Assembly: GCF_009914755.1 (NCBI RefSeq)
Contig: NC_060926.1
Strand: one strand, 5' to 3'
Length of the DNA stretch: 64,000 nucleotides
Source: the human T2T-CHM13v2.0 reference genome, Homo sapiens
A program made the translations under genes and the position numbers. This document shows, in pieces, positions 18,630-36,596 of this stretch (the stretch's first letter is position 1; every line of letters begins with the position of its first letter). The notes below the pieces were generated by a model that made no database searches, was not told where the DNA came from, and saw nothing but the letters and a program-made list of their open reading frames with translations.

Positions 18630-19064
18630 CAGTTGAATCTTGAGCAACACAGGTTTGAACTGCATGGGTCCACTTATAAGGGGATTTCCTCCCACCTCTG
18701 CCACCCCTAGACAAACCCCTTCTCTTTCTCCTCCTTTTCAGCCTACTCAAAATGAAGATAATAAGAATGACTACATTTATGATGATCCACATCCACTTAA
18801 TAAATCATAAATATATTTTCCCTTCCATATGATTTTCTTAAGAACATCTTCCTTTTTCTAGCTTCATTTATTGTAAGAATACAGTATATAACACAAACAA
18901 CATATAAAATACATGTTAATCATCTGTTTATGTTACAGATAAGGTTTCCAGTCAACAGTAGGCTATTAGTAGTTAATTTTGGGGGAAGTTGAAAGTTGTA
19001 TGTGGATTTTCAACTGCACAGGTTATTGGCGCCCATAACCCCCATATTGTTTGAGAGACAACTG
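18630..19064. mobile_element. Tigger2a/MER28 (TcMar-Tigger DNA transposon relic), full length ~435 bp
   Basis: TIRs cagttgaatcttgagcaacacaggtttgaactgc... and ...ttgtttgagagacaactg, each flanked by a TA target duplication. Confidence 0.85.
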
Positions 19065-20689
19065 TATTCAACATGATTCTTCCTCATCTCATAAAATTAA
19101 GAGAAAGTTGCTTATTTCTTATGGGATCCAGGCTTTGGATTCCTTTAACTATAGACGGATAGGTGAAGAGTTTAATCAAAACTTACAGGAATATGAAATC
19201 TGCAACAATAACCCTCTCCCAGCCATGACTTTATACTACTTTATACCAGCCTACATATGATAAATTACAAACTCCACTATATGTGTTCTAAAGTTTTCAG
19301 AAATTTAAAAATTGATTTTTACACAGGAACTATGTTATACTTAAATTTATTAGAGATTAATTTCACTTAACAATCATTCAGCTTGTTCATCTTAAGATTT
19401 AAATATTAGAAATGTTAGTAAAGAAAAAAACCAATATGATAAAGTAGCAAAATGCATATTACCTAAAAGTCAGTATATGTGGATTCTTTCCAATGGTAAT
19501 ATTTTGTGTAATGAGAAGAGTTTATGGAAAATTTCTTTAAGTTGTGATTAAACCCAAAGTAATATTTTTATTTTAAAATGTTAATATCTAGTGTTTATTA
19601 CCAAAAGAAATTATTTCTTTTTCTTAAAGTTATTAAAAATAAGTTTTTTTATTTCTTTTCATAGTGCTAAACAAGAATGAATTTCAAGAAAAGTGACAAG
19701 GCACTTAGAGCACATCAAGTGGAACATTCTGCAGAATTTCTTAAGAGGAAAGAGGAAATCAGCTCTTTGGCTTCTAAAACTCAGGAAGAATAAATTAGGC
19801 TTTTTAGTAAAGCATGTAAGTCAAATTTAATTTCCCCTACAGAGGTAGCATTATAATAATAAAATGCATTCCAAACCAAGGGACTAATAACAGCATAACA
19901 AAAATGGCCACATTTAGTAAATGAAATATATGCAGTCCAGTGTGCCATGTAGGGGATTTGAAGTAGTCTTGGCAGGGTGAGGAAACAGACTTGGGTCTCC
20001 AAAGAAATATCCACAGAAATACTGCACTGCATGGAATGCTAAGGCCATGAGCAGAGACAATAGTTTTCCACCCAACAAATACTGAGTACCTATTATGTGC
20101 CATTTCTTCTTTAGGTGCCAAAACTGAACAAAACAAAAGAAATCCCTCTAACTCCAAGTAGCTATATCCTAATTAGGAAGACAATCAGATAACCAAGGAA
20201 CTAAAGTGCAAAACGATAAGCAACTTACAGAAATAAATTCAGAGTGCTAAGGGAGTGTGTACAAGCATTGCTTAGCCATTGTAGGGGGATTGGGATACCT
20301 TTTCTTGTGGAAGTGATGTATGAACTGAGAATTGAGAAAGAAGTAGAATTTATCCAGAAACGATTTGTAATTCAATACAGTTAAAAGGCAGGGAAAGAGA
20401 AGAGACAAAAAAAAGGAAAGCAAAATTGAGTGGTTAAAAAGGGACAGGGTTGGAAAAAATGGCAGCATCAGGTGTCTGGACCACAGATTTCTGATGGCCT
20501 TCAGTCTTCTTTCTTTGGCTTCATCTTCAGAGTGAGTAGGATTTTGCCAACCCAAATCAAAAGAATGAGAAGAAATGGAGGAAGAGAAAGCAAATTTGCA
20601 GCTCTAACTAATAGCCTTTCAGATGTATTTTGGCTCTTAATCTACTCACTGGAAACCCTTAAGAGGCAAAACGATGCAGGAGGAATGGA

Positions 20690-20920
20690 AATTGAGTAGT
20701 TCAGAAAACCTAGGCTTTTTTATTTATTTTACTTTTTCACACCAACACTGAAAATTACTTGCTATGTAACACTTGACAAATTACAATTTCTTTGATTGTC
20801 ATGTATTTTCACCTAAAAAATAGGGATAATATACCCCCTTCCCAAGGTTGTTCTGAGAATCAAATAGATGTGAGAGTGCTTTGAAAAATAAGTATGTGTT
20901 ATTTAGACACAAACCATTAT
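20690..20920 (+). mobile_element. MIR
   Basis: cttgctatgtaacacttgacaaattac...ttcacctaaaaaatagggataata...aaggttgttctgagaatcaaatagatg. Confidence 0.6.
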
Positions 20921-21740
20921 TATTTAGCACAGAGGTTCCCAGATTTCTCTTGCCTGATTCAAATCCATTTACATGTGTATCAAATGTAGAGTCATGCTCA
21001 CCTGTCTCCTCCTTATAGGGCCTATCAGAATCTGGAGTAGGATGCAGCAGGAGAGAAAAATCTACATTATATTGACAAAAATCCATTTATATAAGGCTAT
21101 GATCACAGTGAAGGAGTGCTGCTTCTTCCACAAAACGCCCTGAGGTCAAGTCTGTCTATATAAATAAGGTCATAAAACAGAAGTGCACTCAGATTTCAAG
21201 AACAGAAATGGTAAGTGTAGGAAAGAGGGCAAGATAAATTTTTCTGAGTAAGCATATAATACTGCACAAATCCACTGCAGCAATTAGTTGAGCCTATTAA
21301 TGCCACAGTACCTGATGTAGCTGCCCACAGCAATACACCTGTATTTAATGGAATCACAGCTGGAAGGCTTTTGAAGCTAATTATAAGGCACCTTGACAAG
21401 AGGCATTTTAAGCCATTGAAGTATGTTTTGTGACTTCTGCCAATATAACCCATACATACCTTGCTAGTTATGTTTGTAAAAAGTAGGTGGTATTTTGCTT
21501 GCAGAATTGGGAGGCAAATCCCAGTAATTATCTTTCCAAGCCATCCAAAGCTTCAGGTTATTTTTGTAACCATATATTTATGATCTTTCAGCTCTTCTGT
21601 AATTCAAATATTTTATCCAAAATCAGTTTCATAAAAATTATATGTAGTTTGTGATTTTAAATGCTGTGTATCCCTCATATTGAAGAGTTTGTTGTTTTTT
21701 GTTTTTTTCTTTTTAATTTCAGCCTTGATTTTCTTTTAAG

Positions 21741-21890
21741 TTGGTGCTCCTCAAACCTGGCTTTGCATCAGAATCACTCAGAGAATTTTTTAAAATACTG
21801 ATTCCTAGGCCCTACTTCTAGTGACTCTGATTTTGTTTTGAAACTGGAAACTTGTATTTTTTAGAAGCATCTCTAGTATTTTGATGCCAG
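21741..21890. mobile_element. MER5-type hAT relic
   Basis: gtgctcctcaaacctggctttgcatcagaatcac...aaaatactgattcctaggccc...tgactctgatt. Confidence 0.7.
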
Positions 21891-24039
21891 ATTCAGAAAT
21901 AATTACTATTGTCCTCACAATAAGCATTCCAATGATGTGCAACAAGAAAACTGTTGTTCTTTAGAATGATCATTCCCAATTAGGCACCTTTCCTTCCTTA
22001 CGTCCAGCTGTTAGAGAAGACTATATCTTCTGCTTCTTCCTTATAATAACAGAGAAAAGCTAAATGGGGCACTTGCGTCCTTAGGAAAGTTTATCACCGA
22101 AAACTATCATAAACCTGAAATCTCTCTCAATAATCATCTGTTGTAAGGCAAAAACCCTCTTGAATTAAAATTGCTTTAATCAATTAGGACTCTGGTATTT
22201 CGGTAACAAATCTCCATGGAAAAAAGTCTCTGATTTAGATTAGTAAAGTGAGATTCTGGTGTGAATATAAGAAGTCTCAAAGTTCTCCCAGATTCCATTT
22301 GTGCCTTTATGGTCCCCTGGTGAGTTTTATCACTGGGTAGAATTCACAAACCAAAAATAAAAAAAAAAAGAAAAACATTTCACACGGGGAACTTAACAAG
22401 AAAAAACAACTACCTTATAGAAAACAGATGGCTAGCGATACTAAAGCCGAAAGGCTGTCAGCTGTGTCTTCAGCCTGTTTTTCTATGCTTTTATAAATTG
22501 GCAGGAAAAACTCCTTACATTTCACTAAAAGGGGCCCAGCCCATAAATGATTTGCTAAAGAAATCTGAAAATCCATGTTTTTCAATATGAAATATGTAAA
22601 ATGTTTGAAAACTGATTTTTCAATGAGGATTTTTCAAGCTTCTATTTTGAGAGATGATTCTGGGACATTCCTTGAATTATTCAGAAATGAAGAGAAAATG
22701 GTGTAAATAAAATAATAATTTTATGTCAAATTTCCTTTTTTCTCATCTTTTAAAATCTCTCTTTTACGTGCAAAAGCTACTAGGTACTAGGTGACATTTA
22801 CTTTTGTAAATCACCTATTTGATTTCAAAAGGGACAAGTTATAGTGTATGATTTAGGAAATCATTTTCAAATTAGGAATTGAAGAGCAACTTATCTGTAT
22901 CATACATCCATTTAAACTTCATCCATGTTAAGATTTAGGGGAAGAGGTTGGATTATAATTCAGCCATTTACCAAATACACATATTATGCAGCTACATTAA
23001 AGACTGTGTGGTGGGAGGTTTACCGTAATATAAAGTTTATGCCCTCATGTGGCTTACACTTGTTTGAAATTGTGCTCTCTTAATGGTTCTGCCTGCAGCA
23101 GTTATAAATTATATGAGCATATGTGACCTTGAAGCAAAGGAAGATGAAATAAATTAATAGTTAGCTAAAAATGTCTGTATTGTGATATTCTAGAAATCTT
23201 TTTGGCCATAGAACTAAAATCTTTTTCCCTCCTTATATTCCTTCAGTTTGATTCAACAAAAATGCGTTTTCTGTCTTCTCCATGCCAGACACTGCCCTGG
23301 ATTGTGGTGATAGGGCAACGGACAAACACATTCCTGAATACTTTTATTTCTGAAAGAAACAGTCTTGTCTAATTTCACATGAGAATTTTCCTTCCTTTAG
23401 TAATTTGTGGGAAGATGGAAGTATTTTGTGGTTAGAACCTATGAGTATGCTTTTAGACTATTTACTCCAAATCCTTTTAGTCACTGAGATATTTTAAGAG
23501 GTGAGTCTATGAAATAGACTTCTAGAAGTAAGTGTCAGGATTTGAGTTTTGATATACAGCCTCTTTACAAATTTATTTACTGATTTATTTAACAATGATT
23601 TTTGAGCACCTAATATGTGCTCAATTTAAAAGGGCATTTACTTGTAAAGACACTCATCATATTTATTCCTAATTTTTGCTTTAATAGCTAGGCTACTCTC
23701 CACTGAAGCAGGGTATCTATGTGTTGTTCATAGCTGTACCCCTTACACCTAGCAAGGGATCTAGGACATAGTGGGTCTTCACTGTAGCCACATGAACTAA
23801 AAGGGAAATGAGGAAATAAAATCAGAGTATTGCCACCATATTTAAATAGCCACCTTGGCTCTGAAAAGATTTCAAACAGATCTAGCTAGCATCTAGTATC
23901 TCTTCTACACAGATAAGTTTCCATTCCATTTTACAAATGAAATATTAGAGTATAAACCAGTCTACAAACCTACCTTTTACACAAGTGCCTGTGAAAAATT
24001 TAGTTTATAAAGCCCAAGTCACATCACAAATGCTTAATA

Positions 24040-24380
24040 TATTTATTTTTATTTATTCAACACATTATTGACTACCTTCTATATCTTAGGCACCATATCA
24101 ATGTTAGAAATATAAGTGTTAACAGACAGAAAAGATTTAGTCCTTAAAGAGCTTATACTCTAGTGGAAAGAAACAGGAAATAAGCAAATATTATACTTAC
24201 TAACCATACAATATGTCTAGTAGCAAGAAGTGTTACCAAAAATTCAGCAAGGTAAAGACAAAGAGCTCCAGGAGAAAAGTGAATTGAGAGGAGAGCGGGG
24301 ACTGAGCTTAATTTTGAATAATCAGGGACAAGCTCACAAATAAAGTAGAATTTGAGCAGAGACCTGAGGGAAATAACATA
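24040..24380 (-). mobile_element. L2 fragment
   Basis: ttattcaacacattattgactacc...aggcaccat...gagcttatactctagtgg. Confidence 0.6.
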
Positions 24381-25848
24381 GTATTTTCAAATGACGATTC
24401 TTATTGGAATAAATGTCATCTTTAAGTCCTGTCATCATAAAAAGTGGTATCAAGTTCTTTCTTGGGTTACCGGAAATAACTTTGACAGCTAAGTGAATTG
24501 TAAAGTTCATAAAATGGAACAATAAGTTTCTTTGCCTAGGTAATTTCCCAGCAAATAAAATGCAAAGCATCAAAAAGGTTTTTTTCTTCTTAAACTGCTC
24601 AAGCCATTGTAAAAATTTCACGAAAATATGAAATTCGCTGAGAAAATTTAACATTTGTTTAATTTCTTGGGTGAAAAAAATGTCTTAATGAATTAGATAG
24701 TCTTAAGAGACCACAGACAATCAGGATATGTTATTGGACAAAAAATTTAGGGTCCAAGGTTTACTTTGAGATGCCGTTGGACATTGAAAATCTCTTTGAG
24801 CAAAAACAGCAACTAGGCCTGGAGCTCAATAACAGCTCTGTCTGGACCCGAAGGAGGGAAAATATGTGATAATTTTTTGTGTAATTAGGCTTCAGGAAAA
24901 CACATTGATGGTACCCTAATGAAATATGCATTAAAAAACTGAATTGTTGAAAAGAACAAATATATCAAGTATGATTCAATTAGTTTTAGAGTTCCTCTAA
25001 GAGAATTTCTTCATCCATATACATAATTTTTAGCTAAATTTACCTCTCATACTTGTTAAAACAAATTAGAGGAGAAAAAGAAATTATACGTGTAAATTAG
25101 TAATTATGTATTTCTCATAAGAATACCTAAATATTTCAAACAAGGCAATTCTATGTAATATAATTGATAAAATGTGAATACTGAACTTTGGGTTAATTCA
25201 GAGGCTGACAGATTTTGATTATAAGGTATCTATTAATTCATCCACTGAGGTTCATATTTTGATTGTCTTGTATTAAAATGTCTGTTCTTTGAAAAAATAA
25301 GTCATTGAGTTGTATGGACATGTAATTAAACATAGTCATGGCAAAGTTCTCTGACCTCAAGTGGCCAGAATAGCCACGTTTTGCATCTATTTTTGTGATA
25401 CGTAATCATGGTCTAGTTTTTAGAGACATAAGTAGAAGTTTCCTACCACATCAACATTCCTAAATAACAGTATCATTTTGGTACAGACAACTTCAGAAAA
25501 TCAGAGAAGAAAAAAGGGAACTTGTTTTTGGAAAGGTTACAAACCTGATTTTACGTTTTTCTTTTAATTTCTGTTAAAACAGAGGAAATGAACTTTGTGT
25601 ATTTAAGGGAGCTGCATAGACTTATTAGTCCTGGCTGCAGATATTAAGTAAAAACTATCTTAACTTTATAATAATTTGAATGTACTTTTATTTAAGTCAA
25701 GTATCTTTAATATCTTTGGAAAAGAAGAATAGTATTGAAAAACAATGAGTGAAATTCAAATAACCAAATCACAATGTATAAGAAAAAAAGATGCATTCAA
25801 TGTAGTTTTTAACAATTCATCTCATTTATTGTCAAAATTAATAAAACA

Positions 25849-26279
<431 letters not shown>

Positions 26280-26286
26280 TCATTAA

Positions 26287-26626
<340 letters not shown>

Positions 26627-27513
26627 TATTCAACTTCTTTATGAAAGAAAGAACTTCTTGTGGAATACATGCCAGAGGGTGTTGGCTGCCTTTAATCAGA
26701 CATCTTGAACATCAACTAACAGCATTGCATTTACTTGGTTGATAGTGATAGGGATGGCATGAAGTCTTTTCCTTTGTTGAGCTGCGAAATGGAAAAAGGA
26801 AGACTGAATCTTCTGAGATAACGGAATGAACTAAGAGCGTCAGGCAGCAGGGAAAGATTCCATGCAGCAAGCCAGTTAGGTGTTCATTACTCTGGGCCTA
26901 ATGTAAATTGAGAAGGGTCCATCCTTACGACAGAGGGGAAGCTAGAAAAAGAAGCTAGAGAGACCACTTCACCAACCAAGTGTTAATGACAGAATCAGAG
27001 GAGTTCAGAAGTTATGTTTCACACAAGAAAAAGATTTTTAAAGCACCATATCCTGCTCTGAATGACTATTTTAGTTTTCCTTCAGGTGTTTATTTCTGAG
27101 TGAAGGATTGGGAAGACATACATGAAATCGCTGCCACACCCTCTGCTTGAAAATGACCATGCAGTCCAGGGAGGACACAGCCATACAGAATTGCTTGACC
27201 CTTTATGAAAGCTCTTCTTTCACCAACAAAAAAGAAAAAATTACTAAAAATGATATGCTGATTGATTTCTTTGGAATCAATACAGGTTGTTAGATCTGTC
27301 ATCCTCTTCATCCCACTCTGAGAGTTATTGGTATACTTGCCCTCCATTCTGTATTAAAGCCAGTCATGCAGAACCTTATGCATTCTCACCAGCCAGCTGG
27401 CCTTTACAGAGTTAGTTATAATCTAAGCCTGAAAATTCCTCTAAGGTAGTTGGCAATATAAATATAACCTTTTGGCAATTTGCTAGACTCCATTTTTAAA
27501 GTACATCATTATC

Positions 27514-28010
<497 letters not shown>

Positions 28011-28974
28011 CTAAAATCAGGAAAATAGGGTGGACAATCAGTTTTTATTATTTAGAAAATGAAATTTCTTCTAATCCCAATTAATTTTTCATTAGTAACA
28101 ACATTAGCTTCTGCATGCCTTATTAACCACATGAAATTAGTACAGACTGAGAAGTTATACAAGGCATTAATTTTAAAGTTTTGAAGTTATCTTGCCTTTA
28201 AGGATAGTATTCATATCTCCAGCTCATAACGTTGGGTTGGCTGGACTACATATAACATATGTAATAAATCTTCAATTCAAGTCACAACTTTTCTTCTTGT
28301 TATCTTTCTATTCCTATTTTCCATTTCAGCTTACATCATGGCTGTAGTCAAATAATAAAAAATGACTGGCTTAATTTAAAACCATATACATTCTAATTCA
28401 AAACAACCAAATTATAAAAACAGAACCTACCACAGATGCTCATGGATTACTGGACTATTACCTCAACCCTATTAGCAACTTTTTTCTTCCTAACCTGGAT
28501 ATTTAAGTAATACATAATTTATAATGGAGATATTTTATGAGAAAATATTGCCACACAATCAGTTGTGAGTTATTAAGAGTAACACATGGGCTTTGAACGC
28601 TCTATGAATCTGCAGAGTACATATCTGGTAAAAGAAATACTGCCTAAGCTTGAAAATGAAGTACTGCAATGATTTCTGACAAATCCTACTTCTCTGTGTC
28701 ATAAATATTGGTTACAAACAGTGAACTGAAGAACAAAAGATAATACTCCACATGGCAGTTTATCATTCATAATCCGTAGGCTAATGTCTTTCAATTGTTT
28801 TGGCTTCAAGTAGTTGCAAACACTATGCTTATATCTACACATTTAGGAAATCTCCAGATTAATGAAAAAGAACACATATTTTATAAGAGATATTAAAAGA
28901 TCATTCAGTTTAAAAGGATTTTGTTTAAATTGGTAGTAGCTATAATAGTGGTAATAGGAGAGGCAGCAATAGAA

Positions 28975-29170
28975 GCTTACATTCATTGAATACTTAATAT
29001 GTGCTATATATTGTCCTAACTGTTTTATATTCTTGATCTCACTTAATCCTCAATAAACAGTATCATTCCCATGAGGCAACCAACAGTAGCTCACAGCAAC
29101 TCCCATCCCTCATAAGTGATAGGCCCTGGATTTGAAACAAGAGAGTGTTATTGCAGGTGTAAACCTTTCA
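28975..29170 (-). mobile_element. MIR
   Basis: cttacattcattgaatacttaatatgtgc...ctcacttaatcctca...taagtgataggccctggatttgaa. Confidence 0.6.
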
Positions 29171-31099
29171 TCAGTAAGGAGGATCAGCAGAGAAAGAGGT
29201 CCACCAGTCACATTTATTCCCTGGATGGGCTATGTTCAGGGAGGTGTTAGAATAAAATGATTGCGAGTGGGATGGGACTTACTGAGCTAGGCCTGACTAA
29301 AGCTCTGTTTTCTCAGCACTGAAAGTGCAGAAACTTAATAGTTAAGTCACCTTGTATTTATCAGATTAATTTTTAATGCTAATCTATGCTACACATGTTC
29401 ATAGGAAATTAATTTGTGTATAAAAAGACAACATATTATTCTGCAAACCAGAAAGTTTCCAGTGAGCTAATCAGCATCTTCTAATGAAAACCTTACTGCT
29501 ATGTACACAAAAATACCTGAGTACAAATTTACATGTATATAAATACATATTTATATATATGCTTATATATGTATATACTTATATATATGTAAAAGCTTCA
29601 TATGTGTGTATTGAGGATATAGATATTTTCTTTTACACAGGTGTGGTTACACAGGTTAACCAGGAGGTAGTTATATATACACTCACATTTGGCATCTGTA
29701 TATTTTTTCTTTTTTATAAATATATATATGTATATAAAAATATCATACATGTATAACAATGGAGAAATCTTGTGTTTGTATGTTTACACAGACAGACATA
29801 AACACTATGAAATTTTATGATGCTAACAATAATACAATGATATGGAGAGTGGGGAAAAGAGATAGTCAAATTTCCAAACCTGATCTTTCTATACTTTTTA
29901 ATGTTATATTTTATAATAGTTATTATATTTTATCTTACATTTATTTTTAATACTTGGAATTAGACCTAAATTCAACCTTATTCAAGTAATCACACTGCTT
30001 TTTTCCATTTTCTTGCCACAAGTACATTGTCTTGCCAAATATATTTAGTTTGGTTCAGTTAGTAAAACATGGCAAGCTATAAACTTGCTTCACTTTCAGC
30101 TACTTACAATCTGAACTTTATTTTCATTTTAACTGCTGATGGCCCAAACTTTTTATTGTCTGATAATATTCATCATTTTGAAAAATAGAAGCCAAATGTC
30201 AAATAAAATGCTGAATCTAAATTCCATCTCTTTAGTGTAGTAGAAATCTATATTATAGGTTCTATAATTACAATTATTAATCTACAATTAACAAATGTTT
30301 TCTTCGTTCGTGTTTATTCTGAATAAAACTAACTGGACCAATCTCTTCAAGCAAAAACACAAACATAATACATTAAATATAGCAATAGAATGTGATTTAT
30401 GGATCTTGAGTGAATTATCATTGGTCTTTTATAGGAAATGACAAGAGGTATAAAATTATCACAGAAAATGAAGTCCTACTCTTACATGAGAGATGTCTTC
30501 TGAAGTTTTGAAATCTAATAATAACATATATATCAAGGCCACGCCTAAATCCAAATTCTGTATTGGCTCATGTTACTTGATGAAGTCATTTTGTACAAGT
30601 AGCAAGAAGGAAGACTTATGTTCTGATCACTATTGAAGAACACAGGATTAGAGAAATCCAAATTTGGTGAGCTGGGTTGATTTTGTACTGAAATTTTAAG
30701 TAATATTCTTTTGATGTAGTCACACATTGTGTATTAAACAAAAAATGATACTTTTCACTTAGAGGAAAATGCTTTCTCTTATCTTATTAATTTGTTAGCC
30801 ATGGATCCAGGAAATATTTTCCTTTCTCCTCTACAATAGAAAAAACAGCAGCACATGGACTAGAACCTGAGCTAGCTTCTAACTGTGCAGAAGACAGTGA
30901 GCTGGGGGCGGGGGATGGGTAGATGGGCTGTTGAACTGGGGCTTGTGCAATACTCATGAAGGCTTGAACCACCATTCAGCACAAGGTGATGGGTGCATAA
31001 ATGATGTGTGCCTAGGATTTCTCAGACCTGGCAAATTTTAAAGAGAAGATAGAAATCAATATTTGTGTTTGACATCTCTCAATTGTTTGATGTTAATGA

Positions 31100-31479
<380 letters not shown>

Positions 31480-31649
31480 CGGTATATTTTTAAGGTATTA
31501 TTTCCAGCCTCTGTCTAGCTCTACCCTTATCTTACTTATTAATATGTCTTGATTTGCTTCTGTTTATATATCACATATAGGAAAAATCTGAGAAGAAATG
31601 CTCAGATTTCTTCTCAGGCGATTCTACTGTCTCTGCTTCCAAATATTAA

Positions 31650-32985
<1,336 letters not shown>

Positions 32986-32998
32986 GTGACCAGATGTT

Positions 32999-33296
32999 GG
33001 CTGGGTGCAGTGGCTCACGCCTGTAACCCCAACACTTTGGGAAGCCAAGGCAGGCAGATCACGAGGTCAGGAATTCGAGACTAGCCTGGCCAATATGGTG
33101 GCACCCCATCTCTACTAAAAATACAAAAATTAGCTGGGCATGGTGGCGTGCACCTGTAGTCCCAGCTGCTCAGGAGGCTGAGGCAGAAGAATCACTTGAA
33201 TCCAGGAGACAGAGGTTGCAGTGAGCCAAGATGGCGCCGCTGCACTCCAGTCTGGGCGACACAGAGAGACTCTATCTCAAAAAAATAAAAAAATAA
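32999..33296 (+). mobile_element. AluSg-like
   Basis: gatcacgaggtcagg; perfect 17-bp TSD aaaagtgaccagatgtt. Confidence 0.95.
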
Positions 33297-36200
33297 AAAA
33301 GTGACCAGATGTTAAATCATGTTCAAAATACAATTGGTTAGCATTTCTATAATTCTCCAGTTATAAACATCAAGAATAAAAATAAGAATCAAAGTGTAAA
33401 ATATGTATTTATACCAAAATAATCACACTTTAACATATGTACATACATGATACGATACCATATAGGGCAGAAAATAAAACTAATATTTTCCAGCAATTGT
33501 AAACAGAAAAAACATGCCCAGGGCCTCAATGAAGAACACAGCCCTCTGATTCTACATTGCCTTTTTCCCTTTATCTTGTCTTAAGCAGATTAGAGGACTC
33601 TTCTGAATATTAATACATTTTAAACCTGGAGGCACATTTGGCATTATATTATAAAACAAAGATATGTTTATAGACCAGAAATTTAAACAAAGAGACACCA
33701 CTGTGCTTCAACAAAGCTTATAATAAAAATACAGAAAAATCTATGTATGTATATGCACATATATATATAGAAAGGAAGAAAGAGAATAGGGAAGTTGATC
33801 TTTATTCAAAATGTACAAAGCTATAGTTACAGCTTTACATTTCCTTACTATTTCCCTTTTAGGTTATTATCTGTATCCCCTCCCCTTCTTTTTATTAAAT
33901 CTTATTTCTCATTGTAGAGGCTTAATGTATACTAAGAAAAATAGTTTCTAGTATCAGAAGACATAGCTCTAGTAATTACCATAGAGAGAACTTGAGTAAG
34001 TAATATATTTTTCTAAGGCTCAGTTCTTCCAAATTAAAAATTAGTTTTAATAATTCTTATTGCAAGTGAAATGGATAAATTACATGAAAAAAGCATTTTA
34101 AACTATTAAGCACCACACAGATATTACTTGTTAATTAACCTAGATTCAAATATTTTATTCTAAAATATACTAAAATTTTCACCTTGCCCACTTAAGATTT
34201 AAAAATACTTCAATGATAAAATCAGCATTCTTTTATTAAAAGGAACTATAAAATAGCCAGATGTATTCCTTTTAATAGAGATGTGCTTTCAGTGAGGTAT
34301 TCTGGGAAATGAAGCAGGACTTTGACAGGCAGAGATGGGGCTGGGCAATATGAGCTGAGGATTCCCCATGGTCTGGTAAGGAAGCCGACTTGGAAGTTAG
34401 CTGGAAATATAGTGTGCAGTAGACCAGTTAAAAACATTGGTGAATTAATATGCGTAAGGTTACCATTAATAATAATAATAAATACCATCTAGTGTTTACT
34501 TTATACAAGGCAGTTTTCAGATGTTATCTGATAAATGCTCACGACTATTCAAGGTAGAAATTATTTGCCTATTTTGCCTTATTACATATAAAGGGATTGG
34601 GGTTCACAGGGGCGAAATGATTTCACAGGCAGTGAAAAGTCAGTTTTCAGAGCCTTATCTTTGCAGATGCATTCTTTCTATTACTGTAACCAAAGACTAT
34701 GCTGAGTATATATTAATATATACAATTATCTGACTGGGATAATTTATTTATGGCTCCGGTTAAAGATTTCCTCTTACCAAAAAATGTAAAATAAGTTCAT
34801 ATAGTCACATGGGTCACGTAGTTAATGCAAGTTTTAAAGTTAGCACGCTCATTTCCCAACTTCCCCCGAATTCTTGAAATTTACTAATGCTATTTCAAAA
34901 TAGCGAAATGCACTGTTAAATTTCTTCTAGATTCTTAAGGTGTATTCTGACCTAAAAAATTAAGCAAACCGTCCTTTTAATAGGATCAAGGAGTTTATAG
35001 AGTTTAATAGTGAAGCCATCTCTTTTTCACTTGAAGAAATCCAATTCTGCATATTTTGCTTGCATGATTTGATAACGAAATGTATGTCAAGGATGAAAGA
35101 CTAAAGGTTGAGCTTCATCAAACTAAGGAAAAATATTTAAGATGTTTTATGGATAGTAATTTTATAAATAATGTCAAATTCTTTTCTGGAATTTCCTATG
35201 CCTATGGTGAGAGATAATATAAATCTGATATAATCAAGAACTAGATTTTTCCCTATTATATGTAAATGTTAACATTGTATAGACTTGATAAGTTATCATT
35301 GGAATGGATACAGATTATTCCAAAATATTTAAAGTTTAATCTATATGTTTTCATGTTATGATTGACAATAATTTTAAACAAAATGTTTTTAATAATAAAA
35401 TACATTTTAGTGCAAAACAAGATTACTCTTCGAACTAGGTATATTTAAACATCTATACTTCCCTTGAAAATCCTTGTTTTTTTATTTCTAAAATAAATGC
35501 TTAACATTTATGATATATGTATACCATAGATTATATTTTCCATACTGCAGCCAACTAGCTCACCATAATTATAAATTTTTTATATCTGTGCATATCATTT
35601 ACCAATATTTATGTGTTTTGTTAGACTAAAATCTAACATTATTTATACAAATGTACTATACATAGACTTAATAATTGAATGCACTTATTAAGCACTCAAT
35701 AAATGGTAGCCTCAAAGTAATGATTATCATTATATTAATGAATGTCCACTAAAGAATATAATTTAAATGCTTATTATCTTATGCCCACTCTTATATAAGG
35801 TCAACCAAAAAATTCTCTCCATATTTTACCTTAATTAATTCCTGTTCATTCTGCTTTCAATAGGACAGACATCCTTCAGATTTCTTTATACTATGATTAC
35901 CCTGCAATCTATCTTAAACATAGCTATCGAAACTTCTTCTTAAATGGCCCTTCAATTGTGTCACCTTTCTCAAACCTCAGCAATTGCCCTCAGTCGCACT
36001 CTGGCCCAATAACAACTTTGTCCTCACCTTCAGAATTGTGTCATTTTTTTTTTCACTCTGGTTATTGTTCACACCTTACAAATCTCATCAACTGCTTTTT
36101 GACCTACTTGACTATTCTCTGGGCTATTCATTCTCTTAAATATTATTTTTATATACCAATGAAAAATCTACATTCTTAAGTAAATATTTTCCACATCAGC

Positions 36201-36526
36201 CATGATTGTTCGATCTCTCTCCTAATGTGTAACAAATAAATTTCTAGGTGCTTAGCCTCTAGCTTCATGCCACACAGAGTATGCAGTGTCAGCTACTTCA
36301 TAAGCCACCAAGCCGCCTTGACTTGCCTGCATTATCTATATCACTGTTTGGAGGGCTGTTGTATATTGTTTGCAGTTTGTACACTTCACAAAGACTCCAA
36401 CTGAGGGGGCCAGTGGGAAATGACATTCAATCCAAGCTCTCCTTGTCATACTATGAACCCTAGCTTGGGGCTGTATCTACTGGAAGAAGGAATGCCTTTT
36501 ATTTTGCTCCTGTCCACTTGCCTAGG

Positions 36527-36596
36527 GTCACCTGGAGGTGGCACTGTTTTCTATTTCAGACAGAAGTCACCCAGAGGTGGCACTGTTTTCCATTTC
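36527..36596 (+). repeat. Short tandem duplication (39-bp period) carrying CTCF-like motifs
   Basis: gtcacctggaggtggcactgttttctatttc / gtcacccagaggtggcactgttttccatttc. Confidence 0.85.
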
